A stretch of DNA of 63,558 nucleotides, filler included, from Rozella allomycis CSF55 (taxonomy: Eukaryota), in NCBI GenBank assembly GCA_000442015.1. It is 17 parts of 17 records of this genome, joined end to end, with 100 filler letters (N's around TTAATTAATTAA, not from the genome) between each part and the next. Parts side by side here need not be neighbours in the genome. Positions count along the whole stretch, not along the records: positions 1 to 11,711 come from KE560660.1; 16 more parts are not named here. One strand, written 5' to 3'. The notes under the pieces were generated by a model. It saw nothing but the letters and a program-made list of their open reading frames with translations. It did no database searches and was not told where the DNA came from. Shown piece by piece: positions 1 through 10,295 of the stretch (position 1 is the first letter of the stretch; each line of letters begins with the position of its first letter). The position numbers and the translations under genes are program-made.

Positions 1-71
1 ATATGAAAGATATGTAAAATAGTATTTACAATGATGATAGTGAATGTTTTGATATTCAATCCTTTAGAACT

Positions 72-434
72 ATGAGCTTTAAAGACATTGAAAAGCCAAT
101 GGACCCTTTTCCAGTTGAGTGGCTCAAAACAAGAAATGGGATGGTAAAATATTATTTTGCAAATTACCAGTTCATTGATGAGTTTTCTGATGTAAATTCA
201 AGTGAGAAATCTTTGATGAAAATGTGGAATACTTTTTTCATGGATCTTAAACCGTTAGGTAACATTCACGTAAACGATGCATGCCTTTTATTTACTCAAA
301 AGTCAAAATTGACGATTCTTCATGAAAATCTTCGTAACAACTTTCTGTGTCATTTATTGAACTTATATCGTTCAAACCTTATTTCAAATGAATGCATCAT
401 TGAATGCATATCCCATATAGACCATAATAAATAA
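72..434 (+). CDS. SUZ12: Polycomb PRC2 subunit SUZ12-like, C-terminal VEFS box (5' part outside window)
   Basis: WLKTRNGM|FIDEFSDVNSSEKSLMKMWN...LRNNFLCHLLNLY resembles the VEFS-box consensus. Removing an in-frame 27-nt GT-AG intron (144-170) restores the spacing. Confidence 0.8.
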   Translation: MSFKDIEKPMDPFPVEWLKTRNGMVKYYFANYQFIDEFSDVNSSEKSLMKMWNTFFMDLKPLGNIHVNDACLLFTQKSKLTILHENLRNNFLCHLLNLYRSNLISNECIIECISHIDHNK

Positions 435-542
435 CATTTTTGTATTCCATTTGTATAGCTCTAGAAATCGTAGTCGCGGATTTCATCCGACATAGAATTA
501 TGCACTTGGGACAAGCCACAAACTGTTCGTATTAAATTTTTA

Positions 543-1689
543 ATGTGCTCTATAGAAGAGGATGTTGCAAAAAGTAGTTTTAAACCTTGTTTTAATATAA
601 GAATTGCATGTTAGTGAAGACAAGAAATGTTGCAAGTGCAAAACTAGCAGATCTACTATTTTGATCCGACACAATGAACTCTGCAAAGAATGTTTCGTTT
701 ACCAAATGTATAGCAAATACAAAACTATAGTTACTAAATGCAATGTTACCAAGAATGTTTTAATTGCATTTTCCGGTGGGTTTTGCTCGAGGTAAGAGAC
801 GGTCAATTATTCACAAAGAGCAATGGTGCATTTATCAATGAAACCTTATAGAGAGGACCCAGCAAGGCGAAAAATGTTAGATTTTACAATGTGTTTTGTA
901 GATGATAGATTTATTAATGATTTTGATGATGCGAGTGAGGATATGTATAAAGAACTTGCAACTAGTTATAATATGAACTATATTCAAGTGTCTAAGGCAC
1001 AATTCTGTGATTATGCAAAATCGTGTTTTAATTTAAAGGATGATGAAATTAAGGCATTTTTGATTAATAATCCATACTTGTACCAATCCGTGATTAGACG
1101 GATAATTGTTGAGAAGGCAAAAGAGGCATCGTAACATTATCATAACTCAAGCATTAGATGTTCATTTGCACTGTTTGGAGACTCTGCTACTAAAACAGCA
1201 GCAAATATTTTGGCTAACGTCAGCGATGGCAGAGGTTTTAGTTTGCCTCTGGATACTGGGATCTCAGATCCTTCAGAGCAAAATTTGATGATTGTTAGGC
1301 CAATGTCTGATCATATTGAGAAAGAAATTAGCCTTTATTGCCATTTTGAAGGTCTTAAACCTTCCGAGTATTTTGTCAAGGATTCATCCACGAATACGCA
1401 TTCATTAACTATGAGTAATTCTTTTATTTGATACAAACAAGATTTTATACGCGGTCTGGATAAAGATTTTCCGTCCACAGTGTCAACAGTAGTCAGAACA
1501 GGATTGAAAGTTACAACTGGAATTATAAACTCTACCAATCCATGTTGCAAGTTTTGTGGCAGAAAGCGTCAAGGGAACGATTCAGAATGGTCAAAAGCTA
1601 TTACAATCGCTTCCATCTCCAAGGAGGCAGTTGAAAACTCACATACAGATGGCGACGTTTGCTTTGGCTGCATCAGAATGAAAAAATAA
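543..1689 (+). CDS. CTU2: Cytoplasmic tRNA 2-thiolation protein 2 (Ncs2/CTU2), 4 introns
   Basis: CxxC...CxxC N-terminus, AFSGGFCS, GDSATKTAANIL..GRG and FPSTVSTVVRTG motifs. Introns 574-601, 792-818, 1131-1157 and 1415-1441 (27-28 nt) join the ORF pieces in frame. Confidence 0.9.
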
Positions 1690-1713
1690 AAAGAACAAGC
1701 CATTTTTTTATTT

Positions 1714-2599
1714 TCATAACCAATCCATTTTATTTGTTAGTTTTTGTCTCAATTCATCTGGAATTTTTGGTTCAAAGAGTGCTTTTCGATATGCAATATT
1801 CTCTTCCCTTGTGAGGTCATAACCAATCTTGATGTTGCTATCCAATAACATTGAAGCATCTGGTGGCTCTGGTATACGCCGAATGATCTGCATTATGAGA
1901 CTAGACAATGCTTCTTCAATACCATCATTATGTTTTACACTGCGCAATCTTTTAATATCGTTTACCTTGTTTCATAATATTCCATCCCATATTTGTCACT
2001 AAATACCATACCATTTTCCATGTAAACTTCTCTAGCATCCATATCCTCCGCCTTGTTTCCAACTACAATTTTGGGGCAATCCAGATTTTCATAGTCCTTA
2101 ATCCGCTGCTCCAACCTATTCATAGTATCTTTTTGATTCACTCTTATCAATTCAAATGAACCATTTTACCATCGAAAACAAATACAATGCCTGCACACGA
2201 TTGGCTCAATCTTGACACTAGTTTCTGAAACTTGTCTGATCCCGGACAATCCCAGTAAGTAACTTTATGATAGTATCCAAGCAGATTATATATTTTTTCC
2301 AAAAATTATCTAAAAATGTTGCATACTCTAAAGTATATGCCGTTAACCCTGTTTTGAATTATTTCCGTATCAACCTTGTATTCATCTATAAAAAACAAAG
2401 CAAATATTAAACCTTTGCGCGTACATTCTGCTTTAATTAAACTAGATTTTCCAACCCCGCGTTCACCAACAATCGCAATTGAAAAGCTGAAATCGTATTC
2501 ATTTTCAATATTGAAAGTAGACGCATTGGATTTAGTTGCATGAGAAGATGATTTCAAAGCTGATCTGAATATCGAAAACGATTTTCGCGATCTAGACAT
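1714..2599 (-). CDS. Divergent Rab/Ras-family small GTPase, 4 introns
   Basis: GERGVGKS (P-loop), WDCPG (G3), VGNKAE (G4) and ETS (G5). Introns at 2386-2412, 2300-2326 (apparent GT-TG), 2141-2169 and about 1940-1965. Confidence 0.8.
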
Positions 2600-2633
2600 T
2601 AAGGAAGTGAATTATGAAAATTCCTGAATCAGA

Positions 2634-3548
2634 ATGCTTCGTTTAGGGAAACAAAAATGCTGTTTCTCGTATAGATCCCTGTCTTTTTTTCATGGTCATC
2701 AAAGATTTTACAAGTCGTCTTTTGGGCCACTGTTTTTCGCTGGCGGTGTTGCGGGTGTGTCATTTTTGGTGGCATCCATATTGGATTACGAGAAGAGAAA
2801 GAAAATGTACGAAAACAGAGGATCGATTAGAGGCATTTTCAATAATTTAAAGTCGTCATTTAACACATCTCGATCATCAACACCTTCAATTCTTCAAGAC
2901 GTCAAGGATGTATTTAATAGAATGACCGCAGGAGATAAAACAGCGTGGACCATAATTGTAGCAAATACAGCTGTCTTTTTGCTATGGCAGTTCCCGTCGA
3001 TGCAAAGCACCATGTTGAAGCATTTCACGTCCACCATAAATTCACCCAGCTACACACTCCTTACGAGTGTATTTAGTCACAACGCTCCGATCCATCTATT
3101 TTTCAACATGATGGCTGTACATTCGTTTGTCCCAATGTTGGTTGATCAAGTAATGGGCGTAGAACAATTCACTGCAATGTATCTAACATCCGGAGTGGTA
3201 TCCGCACTAGGAAGTAGGATTGTCAGGGCAATGATAGGATACAACACGTATTCACTTGGAGCGAGTGGTGCTCTGTTTGGACTGTTAGGCTTTCTGTCGC
3301 ATTCAAGCACGATGCAGGTTTCTGTGTTTTTCTTTGGTCCGTTTCCTCTTTCCAATGTTTTCTGGGCGTCCATGGCGTTTGATGCATTTTCGCTAGTATT
3401 TAGGAATTCGCTTGGATGGGATCATGCGGCTCATTTGGCTGGAGGGATGTTTGGGGTATTGTATTTTAGAGTTTTGAAGCCCATGGTTTGGGATAGACGG
3501 ATGGAAATGTTGGAGAAAATTGGATATAAAGGATATAAAAATAAATGA
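2634..3548 (+). CDS. PCP1: Mitochondrial rhomboid protease (PARL/Pcp1 family)
   Basis: Basic N-terminal presequence, HLFFNM, catalytic GASG and DHAAHLAG motifs, several TM helices. Confidence 0.9.
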   Translation: MLRLGKQKCCFSYRSLSFFHGHQRFYKSSFGPLFFAGGVAGVSFLVASILDYEKRKKMYENRGSIRGIFNNLKSSFNTSRSSTPSILQDVKDVFNRMTAGDKTAWTIIVANTAVFLLWQFPSMQSTMLKHFTSTINSPSYTLLTSVFSHNAPIHLFFNMMAVHSFVPMLVDQVMGVEQFTAMYLTSGVVSALGSRIVRAMIGYNTYSLGASGALFGLLGFLSHSSTMQVSVFFFGPFPLSNVFWASMAFDAFSLVFRNSLGWDHAAHLAGGMFGVLYFRVLKPMVWDRRMEMLEKIGYKGYKNK

Positions 3549-3720
3549 CTGTAAGATTTTCATAGAATGATAGACAAATGGCATTCTTTAAATAAATGTG
3601 AATATAAAGATTAAAGGGAATTTTCATAATGTAATTCATGCTATTCAACGTGACCGCTCCTACGAAATAATTGTAAAAGGGCGATAATAAAAAGTCATTC
3701 GTTTCTTGCGCAAAAAGAAG

Positions 3721-3792
3721 TGCCCATACCCGGAATCGAACCGGGATATTAGCGGCCACAACGCTACGTACTAACCGTTATACTATATGAGC
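3721..3792 (-). tRNA. tRNA-His(GUG)
   Basis: Reverse complement GCTCATATAGTATAACGGTTAGTACGTAGCGTTGTGGCCGCTAATATCCCGGTTCGATTCCGGGTATGGGCA folds as a cloverleaf with GTG anticodon and GTTCGA T-loop. A T5 Pol III terminator follows. Confidence 0.95.
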
Positions 3793-3913
3793 CGAAAGCC
3801 AATGATACATATCTTTATATGTCCATATTTTACACTAATTATGTGGGCTTTTGAGAATGGACAATATCTTAATTAACAACAAGTAAAAATATTGAAATAT
3901 TATAAATTTATAT

Positions 3914-6900
3914 TTATTTAGCCAATTGAAAGAATAGATTAAATGCTAAATCTTTTTCACTGTTAAATACCTTTGAAGTACTTGTATCAAATGGATTAGG
4001 AGTCATTGATACTGGTTTAGAGATGACAGATGATTTGAAAGGACTAGATTTATTCATTTTAGATTTTGATTTATTGACGTTACAAGGTTTGGTAATATTT
4101 TGATTTAGTGAGTTTGTAATAGTGGTGGGCGTTGAAGAGCTAGTTGAGGTGAATTGTAAAGGTTTAAATTTGAATTGATCTAATTTAATGACGGTTAGTT
4201 TTTCAGTGGAATTGTTGTAAGTGGTATTTGAAAGTGGGGTAGGGTAAGATTTAACAGGAGCTGTAGGAACGAGAGTCTTTGGAGTAGTGAGTGTTGAAGA
4301 ATTAGTCATTGTATTGGATTCTTTAGATGGAGAGACCCATTCATTTATTTTTAATTGTTTCTTTTTTGATGTTAATTGATCACATTTTCTCTTTTCTTTT
4401 GCATAGCAATCCTTGAACCTATTTTCTTTCACTTTACTTTCTTTAACTTTACTTTCTTTCTCTTTACTTTCTTTCTCTTTATTTTCTATCACTTTACTTT
4501 CTATCACTTTACTTTCTTTCACTTTACTTTCTTTAACTTTATTATCTTTAATTCTATTCTCATTTGATACTTGTTTACAATTATCTTGTATTGGTTTAGC
4601 AGGAAGGCTTTCAGTTGATCTATTTATAGATTGATCTAAGCCACTGAAATCATTTAGTTTAGCATGAATAGAATAGTTTTTGATATTCTTCAAATCTATG
4701 AGTTTTTCGTTTAGTTGATCTAAGGGTAGTTTTTCATAAAAGAATAATTGATTTGAATCGTTGATGATGATTAGATGAATGTAGAATCTACCCTTGTTAT
4801 TCTTGTAAGAGACAGTTGAGGGGTTATTTAATTTTATTAAAGCGTTGTTGTTATTGATTGAGATTGAAATATTTGGAAGTTTTTTGACATTTTCTAGAAT
4901 CTAAAAATAGAAAGTTAAAAATAGAATTACTGTTTTTCCAAAAGGCGGTAATCTTTTACAAATAGATTCAATTTTATGTTCTTCGGTTGAAGCTAATTGA
5001 TTTAAAGTAATGATGCCATTTTTGTTTAATAGGAGACAATTTGCTTTACCAATTTTTTCTACTTGCATTAAAACTTTTGGGTTGTCGTCCCAAGTAGAAG
5101 ATTTAATGTTGGAACCAATTTTGATTACTTTTAAAAGAGCGTTTGGATATTTCTTCATTAAACAGAAATCAATCATTGTTTTTATTATTCTACTTGAATG
5201 ATAAATTATAAAGTTCATTTCCATTGAAAAATTTCTACCAGAAGATTTATCATTGTTAGTTAGTTGATTAGATTCATTCACTTGACAATCTACTTGATCT
5301 GATAAAATCATTTGAATTAAAACAAAAACTTTTTCAAAAATATTTTTAATTCTTCCATTAATCTTCATTTTAAATTTCTTGTTTAATTGATTTAAATAGC
5401 CCTTTTCCCCTTGTTGAAATCTAATACTTTCAAATTCTTTAGATTTAGACAAAATTAATAAAATATTTCTATCATCAACTAAATCATCAATCTTTATTAT
5501 TTCTTTTATTGTTTCATATTTAATATAATTCATTCCCATTGATTTACCCAATTCTGTACTGGAAATTTCAAATTCATTTTTAGTTTCATTAAATTTAATA
5601 CATTCAACTTTACTCAAATTATTCAAATCTTGTTTAATCAATTCATTCAACTGTTTATCAATTTCATTTCCATTCAACTTGTAATGATTTGGATTCAATT
5701 TTATTCTTTGATAAAGAAAACTCTTTTTAATCCATTCAAATGATTCACTTTCATTCTTTATAGTCCCAAGCATTATTTCTGCATTTAAATGTTCAATCAA
5801 ATTCTCATGCAAACAACTTTCTATAATTTGATTTCCAGAACAAATATTCTCATATTTACTCACTTTATCTTCCATTGTCATTATAATTGCAATCCCCTTA
5901 GAATCAAACTGAGGTCTACCAGCCCTTCCAATCATTTGAAGAATATCCAACTCACTATACTCTTCATATCCAATAGACGAATACTGCTGCGTTGATTTAA
6001 TCACAACCAGATGCGCTGGCAAATTAACTCCAACAGCCAACGTACTCGTACTACACAACACTTTAATCTCCCCTTTTCTAAACTTTTCTTCAATTATTTC
6101 TCTATCCTTTTGATTCAACCCCGCGTGGTGATACCCAATCCCTCTGCTAACCATCAATCCCAACTTTTTATCACTCAATGCAACCCCCTTCTTGTCTTTC
6201 ACTCCTTTTACATTCCCACTCAAATATTCTGCTAAATGAATGCAACTCTTTCTAGTAGAACAAAACTATTCAAACAAAGTCAAATTATTTACAACTAAAC
6301 TAGAAAGTCCATTGGAATATTTCTCTATTATTTTTGGTATCTGATAATCCAATTGCTGCTCAAACAGAAAATCTGATTTGTTTCCCCTGGGATATCCTAA
6401 AACTACCTTCTCCAATGGAACCGGTCTATATTCATCTCCAAACTTGAAATATTCCCCCTTAATCCACAATCCAATATCTTCCACATTCGGAACTGTTGCT
6501 GAAACAGCTACAATCCTCATGTCTCTCTTCATTATCATCATCCTTTATCATCTCACATCATATTCTTACCGGCAAACTACAACCTCCAACGTTGAGCCCC
6601 TCTTTTCATTCAGCAAATGCACTTCATCAATCAACACTAAATCAATCAAACTCATATACTGCATTTTCATATTCCTATTCAAACAAAATCATAAATCTCA
6701 CCATTTCCTAGTCACTGAATCCCATTTCTCTGGCGTCGTTATTCTATCACTTTCACATTTAACCCTTACATTATATCAGCTTCAAATATCTTTTTAAAAC
6801 TGATTTCTACTGTATCCCCCGTCAATTCACAACATGTCAAACCAATCACCTCCAATTTCTTCCAATCTCTACTTCTCTCAGTACACAACGCCTATTATTC

Positions 6901-7501
6901 AAACTTTATGGATTTACCTTGGTGGGCGCTAAATACACACACTTGGATTTCCGGCCTCTCTTTTCACTCTCCATTTTGTTTTTTATCAAAGCCAACTCTA
7001 GTATCCCCGTTTTACCAGCTCCAGTAGGCGCTGATACTACAACGCTCTTTCCGCTATTCATAATCTATACCCATTCACTGTATTTCTTACTGTCTGAAAG
7101 CATTTTGATTGAATCCGGTTCAAGTATTCATACTTTGAAAACACCTGCCTGTATTTAGCAGCTAATATAATTGAAACAAATAAATTACGCAAACATGTTG
7201 TTTTAACCAGTTCATTATCATACCGCTGTCCATACTCGTACACAGGGGTGGTTTCCCTCTCCGAGTATGCAGGGGGTTTATCAATCTTGAATACATCCGA
7301 AGCACCTGTGAGATGATCATCAATGGCAAATGCGTCATGAAAGTACCCTATACTTTGCTCATATGCACTAGCGTATTTTGGCGCGTTCACTGGTGCGTTC
7401 ATCGGCACAAATACACCACCATCCATGTTTTCAAATTCTTCGAGCTCCTGCAATATGTCATCTGGCTCTTGATTCCATTGATGCAAATTGTAGTGGTTCA
7501 T
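3914..7501 (-). CDS. MER3: Meiotic DExH helicase Mer3/HFM1 with Sec63 domain and low-complexity tail, about 8 introns of 26-30 nt
   Basis: SAPTGAGKT, TTPEKWDS, IDEVH, SATVPN, HHAGL, TSTLAVGVNLPAHLV and QMIGRAGRPQFD motifs; IESCLHENLIEHLNAEI is typical of Mer3. Confidence 0.9.
4425..4545 (-). repeat. Coding 15-nt tandem repeat (KESKV/IESKV) in the Mer3 tail
   Basis: Repeated actttactttct units; translation KVKESKVKESKVIESKVIENKEKESKEKESKVKESKV. Confidence 0.85.
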
Positions 7502-7703
7502 TATGACAGGGGTCTGCCATGCAAGTGTGACAAAAAATTATGAAATTTCACACTAAAATAGAAATAGAATTAAAGAACTTTGTATATTTTAAATAATCAG
7601 TTTTTAAGTTCAAATTTAATAAAAGATCTTGAAACTATTTTTGGCATCAAAAGCCATTTATATAATTTAATGCCTTACCCCTGATTCTCACCACCAAAAA
7701 AGA

Positions 7704-8810
7704 ATGCTAAAGTCTCTATTGGCTTTTTCCCTCCTCCCCTTCCTTCAATGCGTTCCCATAGATCCTACTCCGCGCAATGTCGTCAACCAAATGCCACCAA
7801 ATCTCAAAGTTGCATTTTTTGGCGATACGGGCATCGGTATCAAATACGAGAAGCTACTAAAAATGCTCAAAAAGAAAAATGTGGAAGCAATAGTGCATCA
7901 AGGAGATTTCGACTATATGGACAATCCAGTCCTATTTGATACAAAAATCAGCCAAATTCTCGGGCCTAATTTCCCATACTTTGCCAGCATCGGCAACCAC
8001 GATACGCTGGCTTGGGAGGGTCCCAAAGGATACAGGGCGATGTTTGAGAAAAGATTGAAAAGAGTCAAGGACAAATTAGGCAAGAAAGTTGTGTCCTGCG
8101 AGGGCGAGTTTGGAGTCAACGCTATTTGCAATTACAAGGGGCTTGTTATAGGATTATCAGGTGTTGGAACATACGGGACACACCATGCAGAGTATATGGA
8201 CCATGCATTGAAAACGTTTACCAGTCCATGGAAGATTTGCTCGTTTCACAAGAACCAGAGATTATTCCAGATAGGAACCAAAAAGGATGAAACAGGTTAC
8301 GAGATTTATGAGACTTGTAGAAGACACGGCGCGCTGGTTGTAACTGGTCATTTGCATCAGTACGCTCGAACACATATGATGAAGAGCTATGTCAACCATG
8401 AGATTGCAGAGAAGCGTGGATTAATGGTTCTGTCACCTGGCAGATCATTGAATATTCTTAATGGAATTGGAGGAAAGAGTATTTCAAAGGGAAACAGTAC
8501 ATTGATAGCGAATCCATGGTGGGCAACTGTTCTGGATAAAGATACAAATGTAAATGCAGCTGCTTTAATATGTACTTTTAATATCAATGGTGATAATCGC
8601 AGAGCTGGATGCCAGCTGATGGATCTAAATGGCAACATCTGGGATGAATTCCGTCTATTATCAAACGTTCACATTCTACCTCCCATATCAAAAAATGCTA
8701 TTACCAATGAAGAAGACTGCTCTCAAGATGGTTCCACAAAAACAATTGTGATGCCAGATTCCAATGTCTCATTGAGCAGCATCTTGAAAGCATTTTTCCC
8801 GTTTCCCTAA
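7704..8810 (+). CDS. Secreted calcineurin-like metallophosphoesterase
   Basis: Signal peptide; metal-binding motifs GDTG, GDFDY, GNHD and GHLH; intronless. Confidence 0.85.
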   Translation: MLKSLLAFSLLPFLQCVPIDPTPRNVVNQMPPNLKVAFFGDTGIGIKYEKLLKMLKKKNVEAIVHQGDFDYMDNPVLFDTKISQILGPNFPYFASIGNHDTLAWEGPKGYRAMFEKRLKRVKDKLGKKVVSCEGEFGVNAICNYKGLVIGLSGVGTYGTHHAEYMDHALKTFTSPWKICSFHKNQRLFQIGTKKDETGYEIYETCRRHGALVVTGHLHQYARTHMMKSYVNHEIAEKRGLMVLSPGRSLNILNGIGGKSISKGNSTLIANPWWATVLDKDTNVNAAALICTFNINGDNRRAGCQLMDLNGNIWDEFRLLSNVHILPPISKNAITNEEDCSQDGSTKTIVMPDSNVSLSSILKAFFPFP

Positions 8811-8932
8811 ATATTAATAAACCTCAGTTCAAATAAATATTATAAACACCAATTCAAATCTGTAGCAAAAAATAATTTCAGCGTGTCAATCTAAAGAGTA
8901 TTCAATGAGCCACCCCAGAAATTTTACCAAAA

Positions 8933-10228
8933 ATGACCAGAAAACGCAAGCCAAGTACCCCACCTGCATCAAAAGAGCCTAAACCAACATCATCGTATAT
9001 TTTAAAATACCGTCCGGTGCATACCAAGGTTTCCCATTCCCTATTGTCACCCGACGCTCCCTCTCCAAACTTCCGAGGCTTCATCAATTTAATGATTCTA
9101 GTTTTATTCGTAGCGAATGCGCGCCTGGTTATAGAAAACTTTATAAAGTACGGGTCATTGATTGGCATGCCTGGCCGCAACATTTCCGGGCGAGATTACG
9201 TGGTGACTATAAATGTTGTGGTGTATTTGGTTTTTAGTGGTCTTTTGTCGTTTGTTTTTGAAAAAGTGGCGGTTAGGGTGCGGATTGGATGGTTGATTGC
9301 GGTGAATTGTTTGGGGATGCTGGTGGTGCCGATGTTTGTTGTGTGGAGTATGGTTGAACATGCTGGATTGGGGATATTCGTGTTGATGTTTTCGTTGACG
9401 CTGTTTATGAAGCTGGTTTCTTATCATTTGGTGAACAATGAGTGTAGAATGATACGGGACAAGAAGATTGATGGTGAAATGGGCTATCCGGATAATATCA
9501 ATGTGAAGAATTTTATAGATTTTATATGTGTGCCTACGTTGTGTTATCAGTTGGAGTATCCCAGGACTGATAGGGTGAGAAAAGGGTATGTTTTGAGAAG
9601 GGTTGTAGAGTTAATCTCATCCTTGTTGATGATTCATTTTCTGTTGGAGCAGTATGCCACGCCAACAGTGCAGAATTCACTGAAGCCGATGGTTGAGAAG
9701 AATGTGCCTATGATAATAGAGAGATTGTTGAAGCTGTCACTGTCTAGTTTGTATATATGGTTGTTGATGTTTTATTCATTTTTTCATTGTTATTTGGGGA
9801 TATTTGCAGAGCTTACGAGGTTTGGCGATAGAGAATTCTATTTGGATTGGTGGAATGCGAGGGATGTTGGGACATATTGGCGACAATGGAATATACCAGT
9901 GCATAGTTGGTTGAAGAGACATATGTATTTGCCGTTGAGGAGGAGAGGGATTAGTGGGATTATGTGCCAAATAGTTGTGTTTCTGGTGTCGTCGTTGTTG
10001 CATGAGATAGCGGTTGGGATACCGACACATGTGATACAGGGATGGGCGTTTATGGGGATGATAATACAAATACCTTTGATAATGATAACAGATATGATAC
10101 AGAGAATAAGGCCAGAGAGTCATTTAGGCAATTATATATTTTGGATGTCGTTTGTGATACTTGGACAGCCCATGTGTGTGTTGTTGTATTATAGAGGATG
10201 GTATGTAAAGAATGAGTTGATTAATTAA
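8933..10228 (+). CDS. DGAT1: MBOAT diacylglycerol/sterol O-acyltransferase (DGAT1-like)
   Basis: HSLLS..AP..NFRGFINL, PTLCYQLEYPRT, FGDREFYLDWWN and catalytic HE motif. Confidence 0.88.
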   Translation: MTRKRKPSTPPASKEPKPTSSYILKYRPVHTKVSHSLLSPDAPSPNFRGFINLMILVLFVANARLVIENFIKYGSLIGMPGRNISGRDYVVTINVVVYLVFSGLLSFVFEKVAVRVRIGWLIAVNCLGMLVVPMFVVWSMVEHAGLGIFVLMFSLTLFMKLVSYHLVNNECRMIRDKKIDGEMGYPDNINVKNFIDFICVPTLCYQLEYPRTDRVRKGYVLRRVVELISSLLMIHFLLEQYATPTVQNSLKPMVEKNVPMIIERLLKLSLSSLYIWLLMFYSFFHCYLGIFAELTRFGDREFYLDWWNARDVGTYWRQWNIPVHSWLKRHMYLPLRRRGISGIMCQIVVFLVSSLLHEIAVGIPTHVIQGWAFMGMIIQIPLIMITDMIQRIRPESHLGNYIFWMSFVILGQPMCVLLYYRGWYVKNELIN

Positions 10229-10295
10229 ATAAAAGCATTAAAGAGATTGAATGATGATTGGATGATGATTGAATTTATTTTAGTTTATTGTTGAT

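Noticed and set aside
543-2599. Fragmented ORFs suggesting stop-codon reassignment
   Set aside because: Tiny introns explain the breaks, and long intronless genes read normally in the standard code.
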